Positions 30,133 through 40,864 of a stretch of 64,000 nucleotides of DNA are shown piece after piece (the stretch's first letter is position 1; each line of letters opens with the position of its first letter). Under the pieces are notes generated by a model. That model had not been told where the DNA came from, searched no databases, and saw only the letters and a list, made by a program, of their open reading frames with translations. The DNA lies in the IMG/VR virus record IMGVR_UViG_3300028654_000001, positions 310,001 through 374,000 of that record, one strand, 5' to 3'. Position numbers and translations under genes: made by a program.

Positions 30133-33100
30133 CCGAGCAGAGCAAGTTGTGTCTGCTTGTTATGTAGATCCTGGGTTACTGAGTTGATCTGCTGTTGAAG
30201 TTTCATTGCTGAGTCCTCCCCCAACACCTGTACTACACCAGGGATCTGAGATGAGGATAATCTGGAGTTCAAGTTCGCTAGTTGTGAGCTGAGATTAGAG
30301 ATCTCCTGTGACAGCTTGGCCTTCTGGGTATTCTTCTTCAAGTCTGAGCTAAAGTTGGAGAAGGTCTGAGCTAGGTCTTTCTTTGAGGACTCGGCCTGTT
30401 GAGCCGTAGCAAGTGGGTCTCCTAACGCAGCCCTGTTTGGGGAAGAGAATGGAGGGGTGAAGTTCCCGAATGTCTGATCCTGTGGGCTATCCATGAATAA
30501 TGAGGGTTGTTTTCTGATATCTGGTTCGAGTCCCGATGGATCCCCACGAAGTTGATTCTCGAGTCTTTGATGGGGCTCATCCAAAGTTTTGTACAGATTG
30601 AAGAGGTACGTCTCAACCCTATCTATGAGATTCTGCTGTTTCAACCAACTTGGCAGAGGATTGGTTTGGTTATTCAAGCTAAGGTTGTTTGAGCTGTCCT
30701 GGAACCCACCAATGGGGTTACCATCCTCGCCAGTAACTGTGTTGCTTACGGTGTTGGTTCCGTAGAGGGTTTCACCGGAGGTACTAGTTGCTGGTGTGAC
30801 TGGGGATACCTGGTAGCCAACGCTGATGAAGGTCAAAGAGGCTCGGCCTGTTTGACATTGACACTGCTTGTTGCCGGCGTAGTCGTTTGACTTAACCGTC
30901 ATCTCGGCGAGGGTTAGTGCCCTAGAGAGTTGGGATGCTTCTACACTGGTAGGAAAGCCCCGGGCCTCAGGGGATGATAGTGGGGCCGTGTCCACGAAAT
31001 TGTTGCCTACGTCAGAGAAGGCTGGGGTCTTGGCTCCATTTACCCCAGGAACGAGCGAGGCTGCCGTCTGGAGGTCTTCTGGGATGAGACGTGCAACAGT
31101 GTCAGCTGGATTCGAATAGGAGGTTGTGATTGATGTGAGGCCCTGGGATTGGGCAGTTAATGTCGAGAACAAGTCCCCACCGAGGGCCAGCTGAGTTCCG
31201 ACATTGACGCCGGTATTGTGAGCACCCTCGTTGAGAATCAAGGATCCATCCCTGAGGGATACCCCGCGCCCGTACCTAAAGTGACCGATGACCTCAAAAC
31301 CCCTCTCATCCGAAACAGGGCGTACCATGGTGTTCGGGTTCTTAAGTTTAATACTGGTATCGAGAAACTTACCAGGAGCCCCACCCTGAGTAACCGAGAT
31401 GTTGTTGTAGGGCAACAAAGCAAACTGAGTGATCACCTTGTCTACATCTTGAGCATAAACGTAGACACCCGCCGAGTTTAGTCCGTACGAGAATCGATTA
31501 TGGTCATACTTGTTTGATAGATTCAGGGCCGTGTCAGGGTCGTGCTCTGCTTCTGCAATCGTCTTGTTTACAGCCTGTCGTTGAGCAACCATGTTCTGGT
31601 TGTTCTTTGGAACCATGGGGTTCTTGTCTTTTTCACCAGCGATATTCGAGAAGGCTGCCTTAGGGTCATAGGGTCTGGTGTAGACCATCACAACATTTGG
31701 ATAACCAACGATGTTACCTGTCTTTGGATGCCGAAGAACCAGTGGTTGATAGGGATCGAGGGTTCTAGGGTCATTGGGATCAAACTTGATCGGGGGAATT
31801 GTTGCCGCCTCACCCAGGTCAAGATTGAATGAGGTCTGAGCTAACTTTCGTACTGTTAGTGGTTCAGTGGCCTTCCCAGTAGAGGTCGCGGGTACTGCCT
31901 TCTTTGAGGAATTCTTGGTGCCAGCCTTGACAGAACTGATGTCGTGGGTTCCACCTCTCTTGAGAGATGAGATCCCCTTTGGAGCGATGAACTTTCCACG
32001 TTTTGCTGTCAGATTCAATGAGGTCGTTGCACGACCACCAAAGGAGATGTTGTGATTGATCCCTTTCACATACCAGATCTGATCCAAATGGGATAGGTAG
32101 ACAGGAAACCCAAGCCTGAGCTCAGGACGGTGAGGTATGGTAACCGACATCTGAACTCTGTCCGAGTTGATTCGATCAAGAATATCCAGACCGTGGTAGA
32201 ACATCCTGGTGGTGTCACCCATGAACTCTGAGTTGTAGGGCCTCGAGCGCCAGCCATACTTCCTCAAGAGATGGTAGTCGGTAACGCTGGTGAAGGGTGT
32301 TGTTTCTGGCCCTAGTCCATAATCGGTATTGCCCCCAAAGTTACCCTGGACAATGAGTTGAGTGATGACCCCTGACTCAGAATCGGTAATATCGTAGTCG
32401 ATGATATCGATCGGTTGAATCCAAGAGATGGGCTTGTTGGCTAAGATATCAAGGTTGAAAAACGGTGGCTTGAATACTATGTCCCCAGTCACATCCATAT
32501 AGAACTCGAAACCAACCGCCGTCTTACATGCGTTGGCAATCTCGAGCTTGCTCTGAAAGTCTGACTGCCAGAACTCAACCTCACCCGCTGAGCTGAACTG
32601 GGTTCGGAAAGCCGTTACCCCAGGGTCGGTTGGATCGAAAACAAGCTGTGCAGCTTTATCCCCTCCATTGGCAGAGCGTACGCAACTAGCAATGGTCTGC
32701 ACACCCTTCTTGAACTTCCCAGAGTCATATCCGTGAGCAATCGAGTCCCCACGGACAGCAATCCCGTTCACCCCATAGAGGAGTAGACTTGATCGAATCT
32801 TGCTGAACCGGCTTGACCAATACAGCATAATGTCACCAAGAGCTGCATTGAAGGTGGACTTCTGAGTATTCTCTTTGTTCAAAGAATTGAGAGACCCTGT
32901 AGCGACGATGATGTCACCAAACGCCATATTGGACAGCGTGTAGATGAGGTCGTAGACATTGGTACCGTAGAGGGTGTTACCGTAAATGGATCTCCCCAAT
33001 TGAGGGCTAGCCGCGGTGAAGGCCGGGCTAATGTTCATCATGCAGATCTCCCACCACTTCAGGATATCTGCGCATTGAATAGTGACCGTATGCTCACCAG

Positions 33101-33479
33101 AAGAGTACCCGGCTCCAACTTCGGTGACGAGTCCCCAGAATATTGGGTAGTATTGAGGGATCCCCTCGAGAAGGTAGTAACCCTTCGAATAGATCTCGAC
33201 CTCCATCATGGGGGTGATAACCGGGTTTCCATCGAAATAGAAGTCATCCACCACGTGAGTGGGGATCGTCATGGTGATACTGGCGTTACCGGGTACCGTA
33301 TCAACACCAAGGCTCACCGAAATTTGGGTAATGTACTTACCAAGGTCAAACTTACGCTTGCAACTTTGGCACCCGATAATATCTGTCTCCCCGTTGATAA
33401 ATACCATGGCATCCGGAGCCGTGATGATGGTCGGCTTAGAGTTGGGGGCAAAGGTTCCTTGAAAAGGGCCGCGAGCCAT
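30129..33479 (-). CDS. Baseplate hub protein (gp27/GpD-like) with long C-terminal extension
   Basis: GNASITM, IFWGLVTEV, FEFYMDVTGDIVFKPPF and RPELRLGFPVYL...WYVKGINHNISFGG..TTSLNL hub motifs; sits between tube initiators and spike. Confidence 0.85.
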   Translation of the reverse strand: MARGPFQGTFAPNSKPTIITAPDAMVFINGETDIIGCQSCKRKFDLGKYITQISVSLGVDTVPGNASITMTIPTHVVDDFYFDGNPVITPMMEVEIYSKGYYLLEGIPQYYPIFWGLVTEVGAGYSSGEHTVTIQCADILKWWEICMMNISPAFTAASPQLGRSIYGNTLYGTNVYDLIYTLSNMAFGDIIVATGSLNSLNKENTQKSTFNAALGDIMLYWSSRFSKIRSSLLLYGVNGIAVRGDSIAHGYDSGKFKKGVQTIASCVRSANGGDKAAQLVFDPTDPGVTAFRTQFSSAGEVEFWQSDFQSKLEIANACKTAVGFEFYMDVTGDIVFKPPFFNLDILANKPISWIQPIDIIDYDITDSESGVITQLIVQGNFGGNTDYGLGPETTPFTSVTDYHLLRKYGWRSRPYNSEFMGDTTRMFYHGLDILDRINSDRVQMSVTIPHRPELRLGFPVYLSHLDQIWYVKGINHNISFGGRATTSLNLTAKRGKFIAPKGISSLKRGGTHDISSVKAGTKNSSKKAVPATSTGKATEPLTVRKLAQTSFNLDLGEAATIPPIKFDPNDPRTLDPYQPLVLRHPKTGNIVGYPNVVMVYTRPYDPKAAFSNIAGEKDKNPMVPKNNQNMVAQRQAVNKTIAEAEHDPDTALNLSNKYDHNRFSYGLNSAGVYVYAQDVDKVITQFALLPYNNISVTQGGAPGKFLDTSIKLKNPNTMVRPVSDERGFEVIGHFRYGRGVSLRDGSLILNEGAHNTGVNVGTQLALGGDLFSTLTAQSQGLTSITTSYSNPADTVARLIPEDLQTAASLVPGVNGAKTPAFSDVGNNFVDTAPLSSPEARGFPTSVEASQLSRALTLAEMTVKSNDYAGNKQCQCQTGRASLTFISVGYQVSPVTPATSTSGETLYGTNTVSNTVTGEDGNPIGGFQDSSNNLSLNNQTNPLPSWLKQQNLIDRVETYLFNLYKTLDEPHQRLENQLRGDPSGLEPDIRKQPSLFMDSPQDQTFGNFTPPFSSPNRAALGDPLATAQQAESSKKDLAQTFSNFSSDLKKNTQKAKLSQEISNLSSQLANLNSRLSSSQIPGVVQVLGEDSAMKLQQQINSVTQDLHNKQTQLALLG

Positions 33480-33481
33480 AG

Positions 33482-34834
33482 TTATTTACCAGGGGGTAGG
33501 TTGTTGAAGTAAGTTTTGAAGGACTCCCTTTGCTTACTGCTAGCATTCAACAAGGTTAGATCATACTCATCGTCACTCAGTGCAGATGCTACATTAGGAT
33601 CAATGGAGTTAATCCCAGTACCACCCTTTTGACTCTGAGCGATAGCAGCAAAGAATGAGTCTTGTCTGCTTTGCTCTACAGCTTGTTCCGGGGTGAATCC
33701 TTGGGGTGGAGCTACATCCCCACCCCCAGTATCCTCAGGTGAGACATTCTTAACCTGACTGGCATTTGAAGCCAACGCGGGATCAGATTGGGACAGCTTC
33801 TGAACCTGGTAGTTGTTCTCAGTTGGACTATCCAACATGAAAGCAGACCTGACCGTGAACTGGAAGCTGTACTCGAGGGAGTAGGGGTTTGTATCGATTT
33901 CGGTAATGCTGAAGTTGTCAAACGAACCGATGTACAGAACACTGTCGTAGTAGATGTAGATCGACCCGACCAAAGAGAGTCTAGTCATCAAGTTACCCTC
34001 GAGACCAGAGACGTACAACCCACCATTGTTTCTGTATAGCAGATAGAGGCTCAGTAAGTTCTGGTAGCTGGCTGAATAGTTTCTAGCTACTCGGGTGAGA
34101 CCCGGGCCGCCACCGGTTGGGCCACTCGCAGCAGGTGGGTTGGCGTCAACCGCCATAAAGGCTGCAATCTTCCCAGAGGCTTCGAGCTTGTCTTGTTGAT
34201 CTCCCCAGTGTTCAACAATTGGGCCTTCCCTGGTGAAACCACCATCGGAGATGACCTTTTCGGAACTAAGCTTGAAAGTTTGTGGGTTGACAAGTAGCTG
34301 CAGTGGAGGTGTCTTCTTGATCCTATCCAAGGCTAGTAGAGTTGCACGAATCTCACTATGCTGAGCCGCTTGGAACTTCTGACCGAGATTACTCTTGTTT
34401 AGAGCTTCAAGGTTGACAGTCTTACTCGAACCCTTCCGTGAAGCACTTGCATTAGCAGCGCCCTTACTCTTCCAGTTACCATTGGTTTCAGTCTGGACTG
34501 AGGGGTCATTTACTATAGAAGCTGACCTATCAAGGGTTGTACCGTCATCCACGATGACTACAGACGGTGGAAGGATACCAACAACGAATAGCTTGGGGTT
34601 GGTCTTGGTCTGCGAAACTGGTATGAAGTCTAGGTTTTTGTCGTCGCTGAGTTCCAAGGATGAGTAGAACCCGAGCTGCTGGTAGATCATCGGTCCATAG
34701 TAGTCAGCAGCCTGTAGTATCTGATTCTGGACACTATTGGCATCACCTATAATGATGGGGCTCGGTTTGGCAATTGAGTTCCCGTTATCAACTACCGAAG
34801 AAAGTCCAGTACCCTGTGAGTTCGTATTAGCCAT
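33482..34834 (-). CDS. Tail tube initiator-like baseplate protein
   Basis: LQLLVNPQTFKLS...VEHWGDQ...YIGSFDNFSITE...PYSLEYSFQFTV; paralogous to the N-terminal part of 34846-35961. Confidence 0.75.
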   Translation of the reverse strand: MANTNSQGTGLSSVVDNGNSIAKPSPIIIGDANSVQNQILQAADYYGPMIYQQLGFYSSLELSDDKNLDFIPVSQTKTNPKLFVVGILPPSVVIVDDGTTLDRSASIVNDPSVQTETNGNWKSKGAANASASRKGSSKTVNLEALNKSNLGQKFQAAQHSEIRATLLALDRIKKTPPLQLLVNPQTFKLSSEKVISDGGFTREGPIVEHWGDQQDKLEASGKIAAFMAVDANPPAASGPTGGGPGLTRVARNYSASYQNLLSLYLLYRNNGGLYVSGLEGNLMTRLSLVGSIYIYYDSVLYIGSFDNFSITEIDTNPYSLEYSFQFTVRSAFMLDSPTENNYQVQKLSQSDPALASNASQVKNVSPEDTGGGDVAPPQGFTPEQAVEQSRQDSFFAAIAQSQKGGTGINSIDPNVASALSDDEYDLTLLNASSKQRESFKTYFNNLPPGK

Positions 34835-34845
34835 AACTCAACACC

Positions 34846-35961
34846 CTATGCTGTACCTGAGCCTGTGGAGTGATTGTACGGGGGCACTGGGAAGTACGTT
34901 GCTGGGTCTTGTATCTGGCCGTTACTCCAAACTTGAAGGTGTATGTGAGGCCCGGTAGATTGAGCGTGAGCATCACCCGAGTTGCCTACTGTTCCTATCT
35001 GCGTACCACTATCTACAGAATCTCCAGCCTTAACGTTAGTCGTGTCACAATGTGCATAGTAAGTAGAGATACCGTCAGGACTCTTTATGACAATGGAGTT
35101 GCCACCTTTCGGATCAAAGTAAACCTTGTCAACCGTACCTGGGGTCATCGGATAGAAAGGCGTGCCCTTCGGTGCGGATAGGTCAAGACCTTGATGACCA
35201 TTCTTGGCAAAGCCTCCTAGGTTCTTCCACTCCTGATCCTTGAGTGGGCACTGGGTTTGCCCTTCAACCAGCAGCGTTGGGGGTGGGGCATCTTCTGTCT
35301 TACTACCAACCAAAACATTGGCAGTTGAAGCATTCTGCGATTGAAATGCCACTGACCGCTGATTGATCCTATTGGAATTCTGGGGAATCTGTTGAAGGAT
35401 CTTCTCCACTTTGAAAGACCAGGAGAGCTTGAACGCAAATGGACTATCGTCGGTTTCTTCCATTGAAAAGGATCGGAAGGTACCTACGAAGGTACCCCGA
35501 TCGTAGATCAACAAGATCCAACCCTGAAGTACAATGTTCCCGTATGGATCGTAAACACTCCCATTGTTCCTGAACAAATCGTAAAGATCTTGATAACGAT
35601 CCCAGGCAATGGTCCTCTGACGAAGCACCGAAGAGAGTCCAGTATACAGATTGATGAAGGCACCCGTTGACTGGTCCCCTGAGATCTCAGATAGATCATC
35701 ACCCCAGTGCTGCTCAACAAAACCACCTAGGGTTTGGATCCTCTCAATCTTTTTGTTGAAGGACTCAGCAAAGCTTGATGGGTTGACATGCATGATCAAG
35801 GCATGCGGGAGTAATGCCTTATGATAGTCGTAAGGGCTTGTAACCTGAAAGGCGAGCGGTATGAAGTGATTGCGAGTATCCGCCCCGTGCACATAGTTAG
35901 GAGGCCCCGGGTTGGTGATCGGTGCAAAGTTAGACTGATTGGCAGATGGTATGTAAGCCAT
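34846..35961 (-). CDS. Tail tube initiator-like protein fused to a C-terminal M23 peptidase
   Basis: N-terminal MHVNPSSF...EQHWGDD...GTFRSFSMEE..SPFAFKLSWSF. C-terminal HQGLDL (HxxxD), YYAH and TGPHIHLQV (HxH) M23 motifs. Confidence 0.88.
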   Translation of the reverse strand: MAYIPSANQSNFAPITNPGPPNYVHGADTRNHFIPLAFQVTSPYDYHKALLPHALIMHVNPSSFAESFNKKIERIQTLGGFVEQHWGDDLSEISGDQSTGAFINLYTGLSSVLRQRTIAWDRYQDLYDLFRNNGSVYDPYGNIVLQGWILLIYDRGTFVGTFRSFSMEETDDSPFAFKLSWSFKVEKILQQIPQNSNRINQRSVAFQSQNASTANVLVGSKTEDAPPPTLLVEGQTQCPLKDQEWKNLGGFAKNGHQGLDLSAPKGTPFYPMTPGTVDKVYFDPKGGNSIVIKSPDGISTYYAHCDTTNVKAGDSVDSGTQIGTVGNSGDAHAQSTGPHIHLQVWSNGQIQDPATYFPVPPYNHSTGSGTA

Positions 35962-38900
35962 CAGGTGAACTTTTCCCTACGCTTGTATTCGTGGATACCC
36001 TGAGTAATCTTTTCCTTGAGGAAGTTGGCCAGATCCTGCCCCCCAAGTCCATTTACAGTGAGAGAGATTGAAGCACCACCGCCTCCACCGGCACCAGCTG
36101 GAAGTATCCTCTCACCACGGCCGATAGAGGTGAGCCCTTCACCAGCTGCTGGACTGATCTGGGCCATTCCACCGCTGATTCCGGTAACAAGACCACCTGC
36201 TGCATGAGGGGCTTCTCTAGCCTTTTTGGCATCATCCATCTGACCTTCAAGAGTAGTAGCCAACTTTCCAACCCCCTGGAAGCCAGAGTCCTTCATCTTC
36301 TTAAGGACCCCACTCGGGTCACTTGCTGTATACAAGGCATACTCAGCTAGGGCATCCTGAGCTCCGAGATAGGTTCCCTTGTGGATGACGTCTTGATACA
36401 GCCCCTCGAGCTGGGTCCTATCAAACTTGATACCCTTCATACGAAGAGCGTTCCAGAGATCTTGAAGGCTATTGACGACAGATGCTCCGGTGAAGTCCAT
36501 CTGGTCGAGTACAGCGTCATTCATATGCTGTTCGTCTGGAAGAGTTGGTATCTTGTTTGGTCCCTGACCAACCCCTCCAGGGGTTGCCGCTGGTCCAGCT
36601 CCGGGAGCTGTGGGTGCTGGCGGGGATGGGGGTGCTACTGATGCTACTGAACCACCCCCTTGCCCAGGGTTAGCCGCCGCTGCAGTGGCTTGCTGTTGAG
36701 CAGGAACTTCAGGAGCGGGAGGAGGGCCCCCAGATCTCAAACCAGAAGCTTGATCAATTAGCGTAGTTCTACCAGTGGCCCCGGTGAACCAAAGAGCCAT
36801 CTTTGAGTAGAGGTCAGCTTCAGCCTTGTCACTTAAACCACCAGCAGAGATAGATGCACCAACGCTCTTACCACTTCTTTGGGCACTCAAAATCTTTTCA
36901 GCATCACTCCCACCTATCCCAGCTTCTTTAAGTGCGCTTGCAAGGTCGTCCGCAACCTTACCTGTTAAGGAATCTACACTAAAAGCACCAGCTATACTTG
37001 ACTTCTGAGCCTCCTTCTTTGCTGAGTCATCTGGATTAGTAGAGTGAAGAAGAGTATCAATGCCCTTGGCTGTCTTTGAACCTGACAGAGCACCCATGTA
37101 CTTACCAACATCACCGCTAGATCTACCCCAAGCACCAACTATCTCAGAGTTTTTTGACCCTAAAGCTTGTTCTCTGATGGCTGACTTAGCACCCCATTTT
37201 GTATTGAAGAGGTTGGAGATATCCATCAACACCCCATAGATCTGGTTGTACAAAGCATCAAATATATTCCCTAAAGCATCGAGTATCCCCTGAGTCCTAG
37301 TACCTTGTTCCTTACCCATCTGAAGCATAACCTCAGCATCTTTTTCAGCCTGAGACTTACCAGCTTCAGCGTTCTTCTTGTCCAAGGATTTCCAGACATC
37401 ACTCTCCTTCATCTCCTTGACCTTCTTCTTCAGCATGATGGCATTATTCTTGACGTCGTCATCACTCGCTTTCTGGTCAATCACACCCATATTCTTGAGT
37501 TCAGAAATGAGCTCCTTGTTACCCTCAGGGTTGTCAACAGCATTAACCAAGTCCTCCCGCTGTTGCTCTAACCCACGCTCCATTCCTCGAAGTGCCTCTA
37601 GAGCATCCTCACCACCGGCAACCTGGGCACCCCAAGCTTCACCCTTCAACCCAACAGCACCCTCAATATTCTTAGATCCAGATTGCCTAAGGATAGCTTG
37701 CCTCTGCATATCAAAAGACCCGAACCCGGACATGTTCTTGGCAGCAGCCGCAGCACCATAGGTCCCCAACTTAGCTGACTTCTCATTCCTCACAGCATTC
37801 TTGTAGGCCTCTCGCATAGTGCCTACGTCCTTGACTTTTCCAGCAGCTCCCATCTCCGTGAGAGTCCCCTTACCGGTTCTACCACCCTCGAGAAGCTTCT
37901 TGGCATCCTCTGGGCTCACACCAGCCTCACCCGCAAGTTTGGAGATGATGTCTTTCTTCTGGTCTTGGATATCCTGTTGGATAGCCTTTACGGCACCCCC
38001 ACCCCCCAAGAGGACGAGCTTCAACCGATCTTGAATTGACTTACCAGATAGACCTTGTGAAAAGGTCTTGAGGAACTTATCAGCTGTCCTAGGACTCATC
38101 ACCTTACCGAGTTGCCCGAGCATCTTGGTAGCTTCTCCGATGCGAACCCCATATAGGCCTAAGTCTGAAGAAACACTTCGAAGGATGGCAAAGAACTTGT
38201 TAGCGGCTATTCCAGAGGCATCCGCTGCATTACCAATCTTGTCGAACTCCTTCCCAACATCATTGAGCGAGACACCAAGGTCTCTCATCATCTCACCTTG
38301 AAATTGAGCTATCTCATCTAAAGAGACACCAAACAAACGTGAGTAGCTGATAGCCATTGACGAGATGTCTGTGTACTTCGTCAAACTCTTGCTTACATCG
38401 TCAACTCGAGTCTTGTTATTCTCGAGAGTGCTATCAATGCGTTGTAGAGATATGCCTTCTCTGCTTAGGGTGTTGATGAATTGCTGATGATCCTTAGATG
38501 TTGTCCCCATCTTTGCATTCATCATAACATCTGTTGTTTGATCTCTGACCTTCCTAAGTACAGTATCTAGATGTCCCATCCCCTTTTCAACATCCTTGCC
38601 TTGAGAGGCGTACAGATCCCAAGTAGAAGCACCGTCTAGAACGGTTTTGTTCATCTCCTTGACCGCCGCATCAGCGTCTAGGAACAACTTAACCAGACCC
38701 ATTACAGCGCCACCAACCAAACCAAGCATGGGAACGATCTTTGACAGAGTACCAAGGAGTGGACCTATGCCCTCCATAGCCTTGCCAACGCCCTTCATGG
38801 CGCCGCCCATCAACCCACCTCGAGCCTCACCCTTGGCAGCAACACCAGCCCCATGAGCCATCGATAACTTGGCTGCACCCTTCAGCATCCCAGCTGAAAC

Positions 38901-39548
38901 CTTGTAGCCAGCTTTCCCTATACCGAAAATGTCTTTACCCCTGAGAGCACTAACAGCATCCTTGAAGCCGTCAGCCATCTCTGCTCCGACTTTGGTCGAC
39001 TTGATGTTGTCAATAAACTCTCGAGTCTGCTTTGCACTCGAGGATCTCTTCTCGATATCTTTGGAGGCGCCTGTGGCAACTATACCCTCCCCAAGGGCCT
39101 TTCTCTTGTTGGCAAATCCAAGCTTAGCTTGACGAATGAGGGCCTGGGTGGTCTTCTTGGCAAGAGTTAGTTCAGCCTTTGCAGCCTCTCTATCCTCTTT
39201 TGACGAAGCCTTACTGAGCTTACTCTCAATCAGAGCTATCTTGGTTCTCTCAGTGCGGGTAACAGTCGCCAGTTTCTTATAGGCCTTCTCAACAGCCCTG
39301 AACTCACCATCCAGTCTCTTTCTGCTCCTTGGAGACATGGACATAGCAATGTCGTTCAGATCCTTAGCGGTCTTTCCAGCTTCCTTCCTGAAGTCTCTTA
39401 AGGACTTCGAATCAAAGTCCTTGATCTTCAGGCTGTTGTTGACCATGTTCCTGAGGGACTTATCAATCTTAGACACCTCCCCAAGAGCCTTTCGAGTCTC
39501 CATCTCGATATTGAACGCTAGCTCAATCTCTTCTCTGTTGGTGGGCAT
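35961..39548 (-). CDS. Tape measure protein
   Basis: 1195 aa, helical, Ala/Gly/Lys-rich with a hydrophobic segment; directly after two chaperone-like genes and the tube gene. Confidence 0.85.
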   Translation of the reverse strand: MPTNREEIELAFNIEMETRKALGEVSKIDKSLRNMVNNSLKIKDFDSKSLRDFRKEAGKTAKDLNDIAMSMSPRSRKRLDGEFRAVEKAYKKLATVTRTERTKIALIESKLSKASSKEDREAAKAELTLAKKTTQALIRQAKLGFANKRKALGEGIVATGASKDIEKRSSSAKQTREFIDNIKSTKVGAEMADGFKDAVSALRGKDIFGIGKAGYKVSAGMLKGAAKLSMAHGAGVAAKGEARGGLMGGAMKGVGKAMEGIGPLLGTLSKIVPMLGLVGGAVMGLVKLFLDADAAVKEMNKTVLDGASTWDLYASQGKDVEKGMGHLDTVLRKVRDQTTDVMMNAKMGTTSKDHQQFINTLSREGISLQRIDSTLENNKTRVDDVSKSLTKYTDISSMAISYSRLFGVSLDEIAQFQGEMMRDLGVSLNDVGKEFDKIGNAADASGIAANKFFAILRSVSSDLGLYGVRIGEATKMLGQLGKVMSPRTADKFLKTFSQGLSGKSIQDRLKLVLLGGGGAVKAIQQDIQDQKKDIISKLAGEAGVSPEDAKKLLEGGRTGKGTLTEMGAAGKVKDVGTMREAYKNAVRNEKSAKLGTYGAAAAAKNMSGFGSFDMQRQAILRQSGSKNIEGAVGLKGEAWGAQVAGGEDALEALRGMERGLEQQREDLVNAVDNPEGNKELISELKNMGVIDQKASDDDVKNNAIMLKKKVKEMKESDVWKSLDKKNAEAGKSQAEKDAEVMLQMGKEQGTRTQGILDALGNIFDALYNQIYGVLMDISNLFNTKWGAKSAIREQALGSKNSEIVGAWGRSSGDVGKYMGALSGSKTAKGIDTLLHSTNPDDSAKKEAQKSSIAGAFSVDSLTGKVADDLASALKEAGIGGSDAEKILSAQRSGKSVGASISAGGLSDKAEADLYSKMALWFTGATGRTTLIDQASGLRSGGPPPAPEVPAQQQATAAAANPGQGGGSVASVAPPSPPAPTAPGAGPAATPGGVGQGPNKIPTLPDEQHMNDAVLDQMDFTGASVVNSLQDLWNALRMKGIKFDRTQLEGLYQDVIHKGTYLGAQDALAEYALYTASDPSGVLKKMKDSGFQGVGKLATTLEGQMDDAKKAREAPHAAGGLVTGISGGMAQISPAAGEGLTSIGRGERILPAGAGGGGGASISLTVNGLGGQDLANFLKEKITQGIHEYKRREKFT

Positions 39549-39551
39549 GGA

Positions 39552-40859
39552 TCACTTCCGAAAAGGGGTTGATCTGGGTCTAGGTGGTGGAAGGGGTCTG
39601 ATCTCAGAGACGTCGCGATTAGTAACCCCAATCGTCGACCTCACTCCAGACGCCTGATAAGTAGAGTCATCAGGATCCACATACTTTTCAAGGAAGCTTC
39701 CCATTCGCTCATCCATCATTTCAGGGAAAACCATACGGGATGCTGCCTGTTGAGCTTGTAATTGCTTACTTCTTGCTATACGTTGTTGTACTTCCTCAAG
39801 GGAAAGTCCTTCCAAAGTAGTTGACGCCATGTAAGGCAAAATTCCCTCTTTATCCTTTTCGTGAAAGAGAGTCTGTAGTTTCTTCTGTCTATCTTGGATC
39901 TGAGCCTTGATCCTCGCTTCTTCTCGAGCAACAACCTCATCATGCCAGTCTTTCTCACCACGAAGATCCTTCTCAAGTTGATTTGCCAACTCTGCAGTTG
40001 ACCTTGCAATGGTCATTGAGTAACGACCATTAACTTCAGCCTCATCGGGCTTCTCACGAAGGATCACTTGCCGAAGGATCTTGTCTCGCTTTCTAATTCG
40101 CTCCTCACGCTCTTTTTGCCGGCGATCCTTATCCTGATTGTAGATCTTCTTGATCTCTTTACCAGCAAAGCATGAACCAATGAACTTGGCGTTGTCCCAC
40201 TCGCGCTCAGCCGTTTCCTTTAGATCTTCATAGTAATTCAGAGCTCTCCACACAAGTTGAGCATAGTTAAGGCCAAGCTTATCAGTACCCTCAACACCTG
40301 TGCAAGATGAACCCATAAGGTCAATACCCTTGAGTTGTGCCCACTTGAACCTTGAGATCTTCTCAATATGGTAAGCTTCCGTCATTGTGATGGCATTCGC
40401 AGCTTTTCTATTAACCTCAGATAGATAGCGAATGATCTTGGTCCTCACTTGAGGTGAGAAGGAGTTAAAGGACTCCTCAATTTGGGGCACCCATTGTTCC
40501 CTATTAGGTAGGATATTCTGACCACCAATCATGAATATCCCATAGGATATGAACGAACTGTAATACCGTTCGATGGACTTACCAGTAGTATCCCCTGCAC
40601 CTGCTATCCAACTGAGGTACTCAAACTCGTGGTGGTTCATTGACTTAAATATGAACTGAACCCCATTAATCACAGCAGGGATAACTAGGAACCCGTGAAA
40701 CAGTAGGCTCTCTACATCACGATAGACTTCTGGATTAACCTCCGGCTCTGTAGGAGCCGTGATTCGAATATCATCCGGGTCAACTTCCTCTGCGGCTAGA
40801 TCTTCTTCTACGCCCTCTACCAGTTGGTTGATCCGATCATTGAGTGAGGGGCGGCCCAT
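39552..40859 (-). CDS. Tail assembly chaperone-like protein 2
   Basis: Located between chaperone 1 and the tape measure; charged coiled-coil C-terminal half. Confidence 0.6.
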   Translation of the reverse strand: MGRPSLNDRINQLVEGVEEDLAAEEVDPDDIRITAPTEPEVNPEVYRDVESLLFHGFLVIPAVINGVQFIFKSMNHHEFEYLSWIAGAGDTTGKSIERYYSSFISYGIFMIGGQNILPNREQWVPQIEESFNSFSPQVRTKIIRYLSEVNRKAANAITMTEAYHIEKISRFKWAQLKGIDLMGSSCTGVEGTDKLGLNYAQLVWRALNYYEDLKETAEREWDNAKFIGSCFAGKEIKKIYNQDKDRRQKEREERIRKRDKILRQVILREKPDEAEVNGRYSMTIARSTAELANQLEKDLRGEKDWHDEVVAREEARIKAQIQDRQKKLQTLFHEKDKEGILPYMASTTLEGLSLEEVQQRIARSKQLQAQQAASRMVFPEMMDERMGSFLEKYVDPDDSTYQASGVRSTIGVTNRDVSEIRPLPPPRPRSTPFRK

Positions 40860-40864
40860 GTCCC

